From the NCBI RefSeq assembly GCF_036321535.1, contig NC_087436.1, positions 4,154,001-4,218,000 of the forward strand: a stretch of DNA of 64,000 nucleotides, written 5' to 3'. A program made the position numbers and the translations under genes. Of this stretch, positions 50,258 through 62,564 are shown piece after piece. Source of the DNA: Camelus dromedarius (taxonomy: Eukaryota). The notes below the pieces were generated by a model that saw only the letters and a list, made by a program, of their open reading frames with translations, did no database searches and had not been told where the DNA came from. Each line of letters starts with the position of its first letter. The stretch's first letter is position 1.

Positions 50258-52090
50258 CCATCACGACCTGGTCCCCGCCCCATTTCTAATTATTCACCGT
50301 GGTGCCTCCTGTGCTTCCAGCAAAGCCCCCAATACCAGCTCTCTTCACTCATCTACACCTTAGCACACGCTGTTCCCTCTGCCTGGAATGAATGCCCCTG
50401 TCTTCGTTTTGGCTTGTGTGCTTCAAGCCCTCCTTTGATGTCATTTCTGCAGCTCTTTCTGACTCCCATCAACCCTGAAAGCTGTTTCCTTGTGTGTTAG
50501 TCATTTATTAATGCACAATGAGTACCCTGAAATGTAGGGGTTTAAAACAACCAAACACATTCTCTAATAACAGTTTTTGTAGATCAGGAATCTGGGACTG
50601 GGTGGTTGTGACTCAGCATCCCTCATGAGCTTGTGTCAAGGTGTTGGAAGAGGCTGGGGGCCCAGTTTTAAGCCAATTTACTCACATGATGGTGCTGACT
50701 CGGTGGCTCTGGATCTCCCCCTCACCCAGGGCTTTCCTAGCAATGGGGTTCCTTCTCTGTTGGCCCCTTAGGGATGCTGATCTGATCCAGTTAGAGCTGG
50801 GGTTTAGGGAGGAAGAAGAAATTCATAATTTCTTGGAAATAGAGCAGGTTTGTTTAAGAAAAGCAGGCTTATTTAAAAAAAAAAAAAAAACCTTTCATTT
50901 TGTATCTCAGTGATTTCTATGGATACCCTTCAGGGACTCCGTATCAGAAGGCACCTCATTAGCGATTCCTTTGGGACAGATCCACTTTTAGCTCCCAGGA
51001 GCCTGGACCTGCTCAGTCTCATGGTTTGCAGCTCTAAGGGAGGACCTGAAGCTTGACAGGTGGAGGCTCTGGCCAGCTTGGTAGGTGGGGGCTCTGGCCA
51101 TAGGCATTGGAAGGGCCCTCACTTGGGACCTTGGGCCCCCAGGAAGCTTGAGCTTACCGTCTGAGGCATCCTCATCCTGTTCCGTGATGCTGTGTTACGA
51201 ACGTGAAGGGTGTGCAAAGCTGACTGCATTTGGTCTGCTGCTGGCCACTTTTCTTGGGTGGCAAGGCTCCCTTTATTCTCCGTTATTGACCTAACACAGG
51301 GTCCTTGATTCCTAGATGTGAGCCATTCCAAAATTCTTCCCTCCTTCTCCCCTCCCCTCTGTTCATCCACATCCATCCTCCATCCATATCCATCCAACAA
51401 ATATTTCATTTTCCCTCCTGCAACTCTTCCCTTTCCTCATTCCGTTCCACCTGCACTAGCCTTCTCCTGTTCCTTGCACAGCCAAGCATGTTCCTGCCTT
51501 GGGGCCTTTGCATGGGCTGTGCCTTCTGCCTGGAATGTTCTTCCCCCTGAATCTCGCATGGTCAACTCCCTCACCTCCAAACTTGGCTTTACTGTCACCT
51601 GTCAACAAGTTCTTCTTCACCGCCTAATTTTGCAGACTGCCCTCTCCATCCCCGTGCGCAGCCTCCCTTGCCCGGCCCTGCCCCCCGCCGTGCTACATTG
51701 TCCTCCCCTGGCACCCTGCTTGCTTTTTTATTATGCTCTTTCTGGAGCGTAGAATACAAATTTCATAAAGAGAGGACTCTTTATTTTATTCACTTAAGAG
51801 CAGAATCTGTACGTCATAGATATTCATTAAACTTTATCAATAAGTGAATATTTATTTAGCACTTACTGTATACCAGACACCATAGGCATTGGACTAGGCA
51901 CTAGAAATATAGCAGAAAACAAGGCAGGTGAGGCCTCTGCCTTCAGAGGGCTCCCTAGGAATCTAATGAGTGAGATGGGCAGTGAACAGAACACAGAAAT
52001 AAGGATAATTACTGATCACAATCACTGGTATAAAGGAGGGAAGAGGGGAGACTGTAACGGAGAACACAGGGAAAGCCACCTAATCCAGGG

Positions 52091-52509
52091 TGCGTCAGTT
52101 TTCTGGAGCTGTTATGACAAAGTACCGCAAGCTATATGATTTAAAACAACAGGGATGTATTCTGTCGAAGTTGTAGAAGCTAAAAGTCTGCAGTCAAGGG
52201 GTCACTGCTCTCTCTGAAGGCTGGAGGGGAGAGTCTGCCTGCTTTTCCAGCTTTTGGTGGCCCCCGGCCTTCTTTGGCTTGGGGCCACGTAACTCCATGA
52301 TCTTTGCATGGCATTCACCTTTCCGGGGACAGATTTCCCTCTTCTAATTAGAAGAAGTTACTGGCTGAGGGCCCACCCTAATCCAGTATGACCCATCCTA
52401 ATGTGATTGCATCTTCAAAGAGCTTGTTTCCAAATAGGGTCACATTCCCAGGTCCTGGGGCTTAAACCTTGAACCTGTCTTTTTTGGGGACACAATTCAA
52501 CCCACAACA
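52091..52509 (-). mobile_element. MaLR solo LTR (MLT1A/B/C-like) inserted in an L2
   Basis: GCTGTTATGACAAAGTACCGCAAG...TTAAAACAACAG start and GGGGACACAATTCAACCCACAACA end. Confidence 0.75.
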
Positions 52510-52599
52510 GGGAGTCAGGGAAGCACTATGACATATCAGCTGAGTGGCCAGCCAAGGAGACGGGGATTATGAGTGGAGGAAGAGATCAGATTTATGGTT

Positions 52600-54300
52600 A
52601 CCCCTGACCCTTTCTTTTCCTTACAAGCTATTTGTTGAAGGAACGCCATTTGGCTGGTAGAGTTTCCTGGTCTGGATTTTGCTGACTTTATCTGCAGGTA
52701 CCTTCAGTGTGCGCCTCTGTCCTTGGTCCTCTGTGGAGGTGGGCAGCTGGACCCGGAGGCGGCGTCAGACCTGGTTTCAGTCCCTTTGGCCAGCTCCTCA
52801 GTGGGCTTGTGCGCTTTCGCCCGGCCGCACAGAATGTCAGGTGGTCCCTCTTTCTGTCTCAGCAGCTGTTGGTGCTCTTGTCAGCTCATCCCTAAATTCA
52901 CTGGGGCTGCAGGGGGCAACATTCCAACGCTATTCGCTCTTTTTCATTTATCAACTGGCAAGAGACTTTTAGACAGAGATGCTTCCCCTCCTTTACTCTT
53001 TGTTGCTCAGTGATCCAGGTCGTACAGGAAAGGCAGGACCCATGCTTCATTCTTTCCCTTGAGTCACCAGTTTTCAAGAGAATGAATTGGTTCTTTGTCA
53101 TCCTCAGAAGGAGACCAATGAATTCTTTTTCTGTATCATTATGAACTCTTGGATTGGACATGTTTGATGGGTTGCAGTCATTTATAAGTATTATTTTTTT
53201 TGAAGCTCACCTTGTCCCATTCCATCATCCCACGCCAGTAAGAGCTTCTTCAGGGCAGTTCTTGAGTCCTTTTGATACAACCCTAGTTGTCCCTGAGAGG
53301 TCCCTTGCTTTCTGTATGACAAGATGTACCAGATTCATCTTGGACATTTTCTGCTCCAGACCTGGAATCAGCTTTTCTCCAAGGCCTTTTATTTGAAATT
53401 TAAAAAAAAAAAAAATAGGGAAATGGTATTTCATGAGCACTATCCGGGTGCTAGGGTTGCATGCACATTACTACTGTTTTGATTACAAAGAAATAGGTTT
53501 TATGACACACACCCCTCAGCCAGAAACCAAGAGGACAGCACCCTCTGCTCCTACTGATAATTCCAATTTACATTAGGATTTTACTTAATCTCTTTGTATC
53601 ACACCTCTCCTTTCTTCCATCCTGGGAATCACATCCTCAAGGACAGAGGGGAGGGTAGAATTAGAATATTTCAAAATTATGTATGCCTTACCCTGCCTGC
53701 ATCATACACACAATGGTCTCAAAATTACGACAGTAACACCACTGCCAACATACTGGAAACAGTCAGAACCACGTCTTCTTGGTTACGCTCTCCCCTTGCC
53801 CGCACTTGAATAGTGCGCGTGCCGGTGCCCTGTCAGAGGGTGTGGGTGTGACACACAGTGCCGTCTCTTTTCGATCTCCCTTGAGTCTTAGTTGTCCCAG
53901 TAACTATATATTTAATGTTCACTACACTAAATCCTTTTTTCTCCCTCATCTTTTTAGTCCTCTTTTCCCTCGTCTTTCTAGTCATTTTGGTTGTCTGAAA
54001 TTTGTTCTCTAATAGATTGTTCAGGAATAGCTTATGAGAAAAACGTTCCTTGAGTTCTTTTATATTAAGCATAGTTTGTCTGAGTCCATTTTACTTACAG
54101 ATCAGTTTTGCTGGACATAAAATGATTAACTTAACATTTTTCCTTCCTTGAATGTCTTAAGTATGTGACTTCGTTTTCTTCTGGCATCAGGTGTTCTTGA
54201 AAAGCCTCTTTATTTTTGCTGAGGTCTTGCTAAGCATTCTCTCCCCTCCACAACCTTGATCTTTCTCATTTGAATCCCCTCTTCTTTGTTATTCCTTCAT
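52600..54300 (-). mobile_element. Ancient L1 (L1MC/L1ME-like) 3' region remnant
   Basis: Antisense L1MC-type motifs such as TTGTCCCATT, CTTCTTCAGGGCAGTTCTTGAGTCCTTTTGA and CCAGACCTGGAATCAGC. Approximate. Confidence 0.5.
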
Positions 54301-57300
54301 TTCATTGTTGTTTATTCTCTGAAGCAGGTTACTCAGGCTTGTCTGCCTCCCTCTGCTTCTCTTTTCACAGGGAATAGAACAGTTGGTAGAGGAGCTTTTC
54401 TCGCTCAGCAGTCAGCTAGCTCTTCCTGAAGGAAATCAGTGGGCTCCACCCCACCAGGCCTCCACTTCAAAAGATACAGAAGATGCATCGACATCCTTGT
54501 TCTCTCCCTTTGATCTGAAGTTGAAAGCCAGGGCACTCACTGTCCTCCCACCTACAGCGATCTCGGAGTTCCATTTCTCTCCTACTTATTCCTTTTTTAA
54601 AAATTCTAAGTAAAAACACTGTACATGGTAAACTAAAAAGACTCCTAGAGTACACTGACTTTTCTTTGTGGCCCTCTTGACCCTGATGCCCATCCACAAT
54701 TTTTCCATCCCAGCTTGAAGACCTCTGGGCAGCTGCCTCTCTTGTACATCTGGCTTGTGGAAAATAAATGCTGGGCTGACACTGAGATGTCACAGTTTTG
54801 AATTTTGCCTTTTCATCCATCAGATTATGGCACCTCATTCAGAAGCTGGTAAAAATACACCAGTCCACTAAGCAAGACATGTACTATTAGGAGATACATT
54901 TTCCTGCCACATGGATGGTAGCTGTGAAAAGTTCCTGCAGAGCAGGAGATCAATATAGGACATCAATAATTCTTCCCCAATTACTAATTTAGAATTGGAT
55001 ATTTTTCCCGTTCTAAGACTGGTGAGTTTTTATACGTTCAGTAGGATAGTAGACATAGTAAATTTTTATAAAGGCATTTTTTTTAAAAAACCCTTTCAGC
55101 TACCTGAAGCAGATTCCTATCTGCTAATAGCCTTGTACACTGAAAACAAAATCAGTCATTCCATAATATGTATTTTGATCTAAATGCCTTATCATTGTGA
55201 GAGACTGAAAGCAAATATGCCCCGGTAGTAAAGCAGAAGTAAAAAAAGTCATTTAGATTTTGGCTTTGTGATCAAGTGTCATCTTTTTGCATTCTTCAGA
55301 ACAGGTTATTAGGACATCACTCACTTACCTGTCATCCTCGTTTTTCCTTATTTAATTCTTTACAGTTTTCTTTCCTTTCTTCCTCTTTTGTTTTAAATTT
55401 ACTCTCCTAAAATTCATGGAACTAGGACACCAAAACTTACACATTTCAGATCTACAGAACACATTAAGTGTTGTCTAAAGTGTGTTTCTCTATGGAAATT
55501 CTCTGTTGTCTAAGGTGTGGGCATACATTTTGATCCTTCTCTAATTGTACCTCACACTGATGGGTTCTCCACAAAGCCTGGGTGTCTAAAGACAGTTACC
55601 AAGGATCCTCCATGAGTCAGCACTCTCAAACATAAACATAGGTAAGAACTGCTGCACTGCTTGCTATAAATGCAGTGCCCTAGATCCTATCCTCAGAGAC
55701 AGAGCTGATACCACTACAAGTCCTTGCATGGTCTGGTTCCCATCTGCTTCTTCAGCCTCAACTTACACCATGTCCCCCGCTCTCTCCTTGTTCCAGCCAT
55801 ATTGTCCTGCTGTACCCCCTTCTGTGTGCTACGCTCCTTCCTTTCTCAAGATCTTGGAATACACTGTTCTAGAGAAACAACATGTTAAAATACTACTTAA
55901 GCTCTGATCCCACTGCCAGAATGAAAGGACCTTGAAGGCAAGAATTATGCCCTCATTACTGTTGTTGATAATCATTAGATAAAGTAATGTTTATTAAGCT
56001 TTCTCCATGACTTTTTAATTTGTCTACAAATAAAATTTTTAAAAATATTTGTTATCTTGGACCTCAAGAAAGAAGAAACCTACCTTGTTCCTCTAAATAC
56101 AACCTTGAGTTTTGACTCACTCTGCATTGACAAGTTACTCTAGTTTTTAGCTAATTTATACTCACTGCTGTTTAAATAGGACAAGTCTAAGGTTCGTGAT
56201 TTGAATATGCTATGCCACATAGATTTATAAATCAATTATCCAATATTCTACATCATTTCTTTTAGATAATAGACAAACATGTTTTACATCTTTCTTTTGC
56301 ACAATTGTATTCTTATTGGAGATTTTTATCAGTCTTCTAATTCTAATTGAAAAATCAATGTCACTGTGATTTTTATTAGGATTCCATATGATTTTAATGA
56401 TTTCTTAGGTCAAGATGTTTTTAATTTGCTGAGTTGCATATTGTGGACATCTCACTTAAGCATCAGTGTCAGGGATCTGGGTGACCCAGGAGATGGATAT
56501 TACCATTTTCTGTGGTTCTACCTTAAGTAATATTATATTCCTTTGCCTTCAGTCTTAAACTAAACAATGTTACCTGCTAGGAAAATATTTTCTTTTAATG
56601 TATTAAATACCATTTACTATTCAATTATTTAATAATTGTGTCTATTCACTGCAGAAATATCTTCAGTGAAACTCCAGATGCTTCAGTATACGGTCAGGTA
56701 GCATTTAAAATAAGATGGTGAATATTGCAGTGGCAGATTGATTTGTCTTGTCCTACTGAGGAATTTTCTGCCAAACACCAGCCATATGTTGAAGGTGATA
56801 TTAACACTTTGGAAGAGGGTTAAAAATGGGAAAAAATAAAAATAAAGTTTAATTCTCTCCTAGGAGAAGAGTCTAGTGTGCTGTGAATTTACAACTGTGA
56901 AGAAGGCTCTGTCTATATCAGTGTGTTTTCTGTATGACTTTTAACAGTGTAGGGATAGCATAATCTCCCAACTCATTGGCCATCAGTTTGGTTTTCTCTT
57001 CCTTTAAGACATCCCCAAGTTTCAAGGTTACATTAATCCTATAACCACATTCAGTACTTAGATGACTGTAGCTACAGAGCACCAGTCTTAGGAGTCTAGC
57101 AACACAAGCCAAGATGAGGTAAAACAGATCAAACATTGCTAAACGATTCCCTAAGCCAATTGTTACTGTAGTTTTAAAAATTGCTTCAGTTAAAGTGGAG
57201 CTGTAAACTATTTTTCTAACAAATAATAAAAGTTTAATCTACTTTAAAGTGTTTAAAAATCTTCTACAATATGATTTCGTTCAAAAGAGAGAGAAATTGG

Positions 57301-58689
57301 GTGCCAATCTGTGGAGCTACTATGAAATAAGTAGATAAAGTAACATTATTTATATATTCACGATCATGAAAAAAACCCTCACCCAAATTAAATATATAAT
57401 TTTTCTTAAACATTCTCTTAATTCTTTGAGAAAACAAAAGATAGGATTCTGTCTCCAGATCCTACTTAGGGTCTACTGAAATCATTTTGATGTCTAGAAT
57501 TTCAGTACCAAGGACAGTGTCAAGTCTAGTGCCTTTTAAAGGGAGAGTCCTGAACAGAGATGCAGAAGATCAGGCTGGACACAGTTCTCACAAAGTGAGA
57601 AAACAAGGGGAGGAAGGATCAGAAGGGAGAATGGGGAAGGGAGGAAAATGGACCACAAAGTGATTGGACTTTCAGTTTGGGGAAACTGATATAGATATCA
57701 AAGTGATCTTAAGGAAATTATAAGAATACAAATGGCCCCACTAAATTGTTGCCCTTGATGATATGAGAATGTAGCAGGAATATGAACTTGTCTCATACTT
57801 TGACTTATTTCATAGATACATTTCATAGCAACATTTCATTATAAAATTTTCAAAGTGAGAATCCACATTAGAATTAAATAAATGAAAAAATTATATGACA
57901 TCTTAGACTAAATATTCTAGATAAAATATTGTGCCTTAAACTCTGTGCGTGGATAGCTTTACACCTGAATCCACATGTATACACATGTGTCTTCCAAGCA
58001 TCAAATTTAGCATTGTTTCACTATATAACAATAACATGAAATATACAGCCTATATTTTCATTAAACAAAGGATAATATATAAGCAAAATTTTCATTTTGA
58101 CATGAAAATATAAAGCACTGTGATTTACTTTGTTAATATTACAACTAATTGAAAATGATTTATTGTTCAATATTATAGTACTTTGCGTGAACACAGAATG
58201 AGATTTTTGAAAGAACATTAACATATATTGTAATATAAAAAGCACCTTCTAAAGTTTCTAAGAATCAGATAATTACATAAAATAAATATATTTAGAGCTT
58301 TTGAAGGGGAAAGCTGCTGGAGTCTGTAATTTATTCAGTTTCATTATGTTGTAAAATTTTAAGAGTTGGAAGTAAACTTTACAACCACCTAAATGATTTC
58401 ACGTGATTAAACTAAGATCCGTATGACTTTATGATTTACTTCTTAGTCCACTATTTATTAAGAAATGTAGCAGCCATAGCTCAGGCCTTCTGGGTTGTTT
58501 CCCAGGACTCTCCCTCAAACATTACACGTCTTTCCTCAGGGAGACTTGGAGGTACTTTTCTTATTGCAGTAAATGTTGCCAGTCATTTGCTCGGCCCCAA
58601 ACTTAGGAGAAATTGCTGATTTGTATCTGTATGTAAACGCATCTCCTGTGCTTTCAGTGGATACTACGGATTCTTTCTAAGGAATGTGG

Positions 58690-59385
58690 TCAGTTGTCTT
58701 CACCGTCCCTGTTGCTAGCATAGCCCAGGTTACCGACCTCCTCACTGGGACTGTTGCAGATGTCGCCGAGCTGGCCCTCCTGCTTCTGCCGCTGTCCCAC
58801 TGTAAATTGTGTTTCACAAGTAGGCTTCATAGTTTTGTTAATGCACATCGATTATAGTAAATATCTGCTTAAAATTCTCTAATATTTCATAATACATTCA
58901 ATATAAGTCAAAATGTTTATTTTTCTATGGTCTGTAAGGTCCTGCATGATGCACATCTTTCCCTCTTTAAACTTGTCTCCTTCTAATTATCTTCTTGCTA
59001 GTTAGGCTCCCATTATAAAGGCATTCCTAAAACACACCATGACTTGCTGTCTCAGTGCCGTTGGATTTGCTTTCAGTTCTTCCTGAAACACTCATTCCCC
59101 ATCCAACGTGTCATATGGCCGTCTCCTCCTCATTGTTTAGGATTCCGTTAAAATCATGCTGCATGTTAGAAAAAACCTGCTATGATAGACTCCCACTGGT
59201 TATTCTGTATCCTATCACCTGGCTGTATTAACTTCATAACATTTATCTCCACCTGACATTCTTGTTCCAGCATAAGCCCCAAGAGAACAGAAATATTATC
59301 TGGCTAGTTCTTGCCTCTATTCCCAGCTCTGGAAGAGTTCCTCACATGAACTGAAAAGATATAAAAATATTTGCTGACTAAATAA
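58690..59385 (+). mobile_element. L2 LINE 3' remnant
   Basis: Pyrimidine-rich L2 body ending AAAAATATTTGCTGACTAAATAA. Confidence 0.6.
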
Positions 59386-59902
59386 TGACTGTGATCATAT
59401 CTGTGCAAACAATGAAGAATATTTAATTTCAAGTTTTACTCAATTAAAGGAAATAGAGGGAAATGAAAGAATTTTACAATATAAATTTTAAAAGCTACCA
59501 CACAAGCAAATAACAGTGTAGGAAACATTAACAGTCATTAAAACTACTGAAAACCTCATTGACCAAAATATAGGGATTTAGTTTTTCAATCATGCTTACA
59601 GATTTGTTTCTCAAAATGGATAAGAAGCAATATGGAGAAGTACTGCCCTAGATTTAAATCAATTATTGGGTAATGAGTCAGGGAGGTGGACATGCTGAGA
59701 TCCTTAACAAAAAATGCCATCCACAGAATGAGTCATCAGTGCAACAGAAGGCAGCACTGTGGTATTAAGACACTGTTCAGGACCTAGGAACCTAAAAGAA
59801 CAATAACCAACACAAAAAACAGGATGTGTAGAACTCTGGCAATAATTCTTAAAGCTATCAGTCTTGAGTAAAGTGAGAACCATTTAAAAAAAAAAAAAGA
59901 AA

Positions 59903-61465
59903 ACTTTCAATTTGATGTAGTCCTGCCTGCCCATTTTTGCTTTTGTTACTTGTGCTTTTGATGTAATTTCCAAGAAATCATTTTCAAGAACAATGTCAAG
60001 AAGATTTTCCCCTATGACTTATTTTAGGAATTTTATAGTTTCATGCCTTATGTTTAACTTTTTAATCAATTCTGAGTTTATTTGTGTATTGTGTAGGACG
60101 AGATCAACTTTCATTCTTCTGCATGTGGTTATCTAGTGTTTCTAACATCATTTGTTGAAGATACTGTCTTTTTCCCATTGCGTATTCTTTTCAAACATCG
60201 ATTGATTGCATGCATGTGGCCTTAGTTCTGGGCTGTCAGTTCTATTTCCTTGTTCTAAATGTCTGTCTTTATGGTAGTACCATAAGTTTTAATTACTGTA
60301 GCTTCTACACAGCGAAGGAAATAATCAATAGGATGAAAAAGTAATGTAAGGAACAGAAAAAAATGCAAACCATATCTGACAAGGGGTTAATATGCAAAAC
60401 ATATAAAGAATTCATGCAACTCAACATCAAAAAAAAATCAAATAATCCAATTTAAAAATTGGCAAAGAACCTTTAATAGACATTTTTTTTCCCCAAATAA
60501 GACATTCAAATGGCCAATGGGTATAAGAAATGGTGCTCAACATCACTAATCATTAGGGAAATGCAAATCAAAACTATCTACTCACACCAGTAAGGAGGAC
60601 TGTTATAGTTTAAAAAAAAAAAGATAACAAATGTTGGCTAGAATGCAGAGAATTTTGAACTCTTCTACATTGTTGGTGGGGGTGTAACATGGTGTGGCTA
60701 TTGTGAAAAAAAAGTACAGATGTTCCTCCAAAAAATAGAACTACCATGTGATCCAGCAACTCCACCTCGGGATATATATCCAAAACAAAAAACAACAAAA
60801 AAAGACAGATAACTGCATTCTCATGTACTTCCCAGCATTATTCACAATAGCCAAGTTGTGGAAACAACACAAATGTCCAGGATAGGTTCATGGTCAAAGA
60901 AAAAGTGGTATATTTATACAATGAATATTATTCAGACTTAAAAAAGAAGAGAAGGTAATCCTGCCATTTGCAGCAACATGGATGAATATTGAAAGCATTA
61001 GGCTAGGTGAAATAAGCCAGTCACAGAAGGACAAATACTGAATGATGTCACTTAAATGAGAAGTCTAAAATAGTCAAACTCATAGACGCAGAGACAAGAA
61101 CAGTGGTCACCAGGCGCTGAGGGGAGGGGAGGAGAGACAAAAGTTGCTGCGCAGCGGGCGGCTGTAAAGTGTCAGTTACGCGGGAAGAATCCGGCCCGGG
61201 GACCTGCTGTGCAGCGTCACCCCTGTAGTCAGCAATATGTGTAATGTACTTAAAATTTAAGAAAGTAGATCTCGTGTTAGATGCTCTTACCATAAAAAAG
61301 GGGAGGGAGGCACATGGGTACTTTGGAAGGTGGTGAATTTGTCTATAACTTTGATTGTGGAGTTGGTTTGACGAGTGTATGTATATGTTCAAACTCATCA
61401 AAACTGTATTTATTATATATATGCAGTTCTTTGTACGTCAGTTAAACCTCAGTAGAACTTTTAAG
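59903..61465 (+). mobile_element. 5'-inverted (twin-primed) L1, L1MA10/L1MB-like: antisense piece 59903-60304, sense piece 60300-61465
   Basis: An antisense ORF2 segment switches to sense at AGCTT (60300-60304). The two pieces are contiguous in the L1 consensus (...CATCAAACTAAAAAGCTTCTGCACAGC...). Candidate TSD AAAAAAGAA on both sides. Confidence 0.85.
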
Positions 61466-62513
61466 AAACAGAAAAAAGAAGACCTTTTACTGAATAAGCA
61501 CACAGCGACACCCACACACCCACTCCTGTGATGAGAATATGCCGTAAAAGTGTACATACAAAAATATACATGAAAGGAAACCTAAGTCAGAACGATGTTA
61601 CACAAATCATTCATACAAGTAGTTGTTGAAAATCCACCGTGTCCCAGGCATGTCTTAGTGTGGGGAGAGTGTGCGTTTGTGGTGCTGCTTATCACAGAAA
61701 TGCTAATTAACGCAGCAGGACAACGGACTGACCAAACAATTGGTAAGTAACCCCCTGTGCTGCAAGAGAGGAAGACAATTACACAAAATCATCTATGTGC
61801 TGTGATGTGTTTGCTCTTTTAAATTTCACTAATTTTTAAAATATCTCCCTGAAATATGAGATAGTGCCTTTTACCAATCATTACTCCTACAGTACTGTCT
61901 GAAAGGCATTCCAGTGTCTTCTACACTTTGATTTGTTGTTTTCCCAAGTTCAGAACTTTCACTAAAGTTAGTAATTGTTGAACTTCAAAAAGTCTCTCTG
62001 TCATGGAAGAGATTATGGTATTTGAAAAGGAGGCTGGTTTAGTTATCTTCTAAGACTTTATTATCCTTTGCTTTTCATGACATCAGACTCGCTCATCTTA
62101 ACATTCGTCCTCCGGTCTTGGATGATGACACACCCCCCATCCAACTATTCAAGCTGTCTCTAGATCACTCTTCCTTCCATTTTCCGCCTATATTACCTTA
62201 TCCAATCTATCACCAGAGTTATCTTGGAAATTATTTTCAAATCCGTCAATTTTTCACTAATCTTACTGCCAATTCCCTAACTTTCATTTTTAGTTATGTC
62301 TCACCCTAGTCTCCTTTCTGCTTCATCCACTCCTCATTGAAGTGTGACATCACCCTTTGAGAACAACTCTAAACGGTGTACCTCCTCAGGTTTAAACTCT
62401 CTGGTGGCTTCACGTCACTGCTGTCTCTGAAGCACCTCTTCATTCTCATCTCTTACTCCTTTCCTGGGACTCCTTAAGCCTCTCCCCTTCCGCCAGCACG
62501 TACGTACGTAGTA

Positions 62514-62516
<3 letters not shown>

Positions 62517-62563
<47 letters not shown>
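62517..62563. repeat. (AC)n microsatellite preceded by a short (TACG)n run
   Basis: Directly visible in the sequence. Confidence 0.95.

Positions 62564-62564
<1 letters not shown>

Noticed and set aside
56250..57170. Coding-looking AT-rich stretch including the 72-aa ORF at 56918-57136
   Set aside because: The frames I translated contain frequent stops, and I could not match them to any protein family.
61698..61742. 45-nt plus-strand micro-exon (cacag|…|gtaagt)
   Set aside because: Isolated and unrecognised, on the opposite strand to the other candidates, and compatible with chance.
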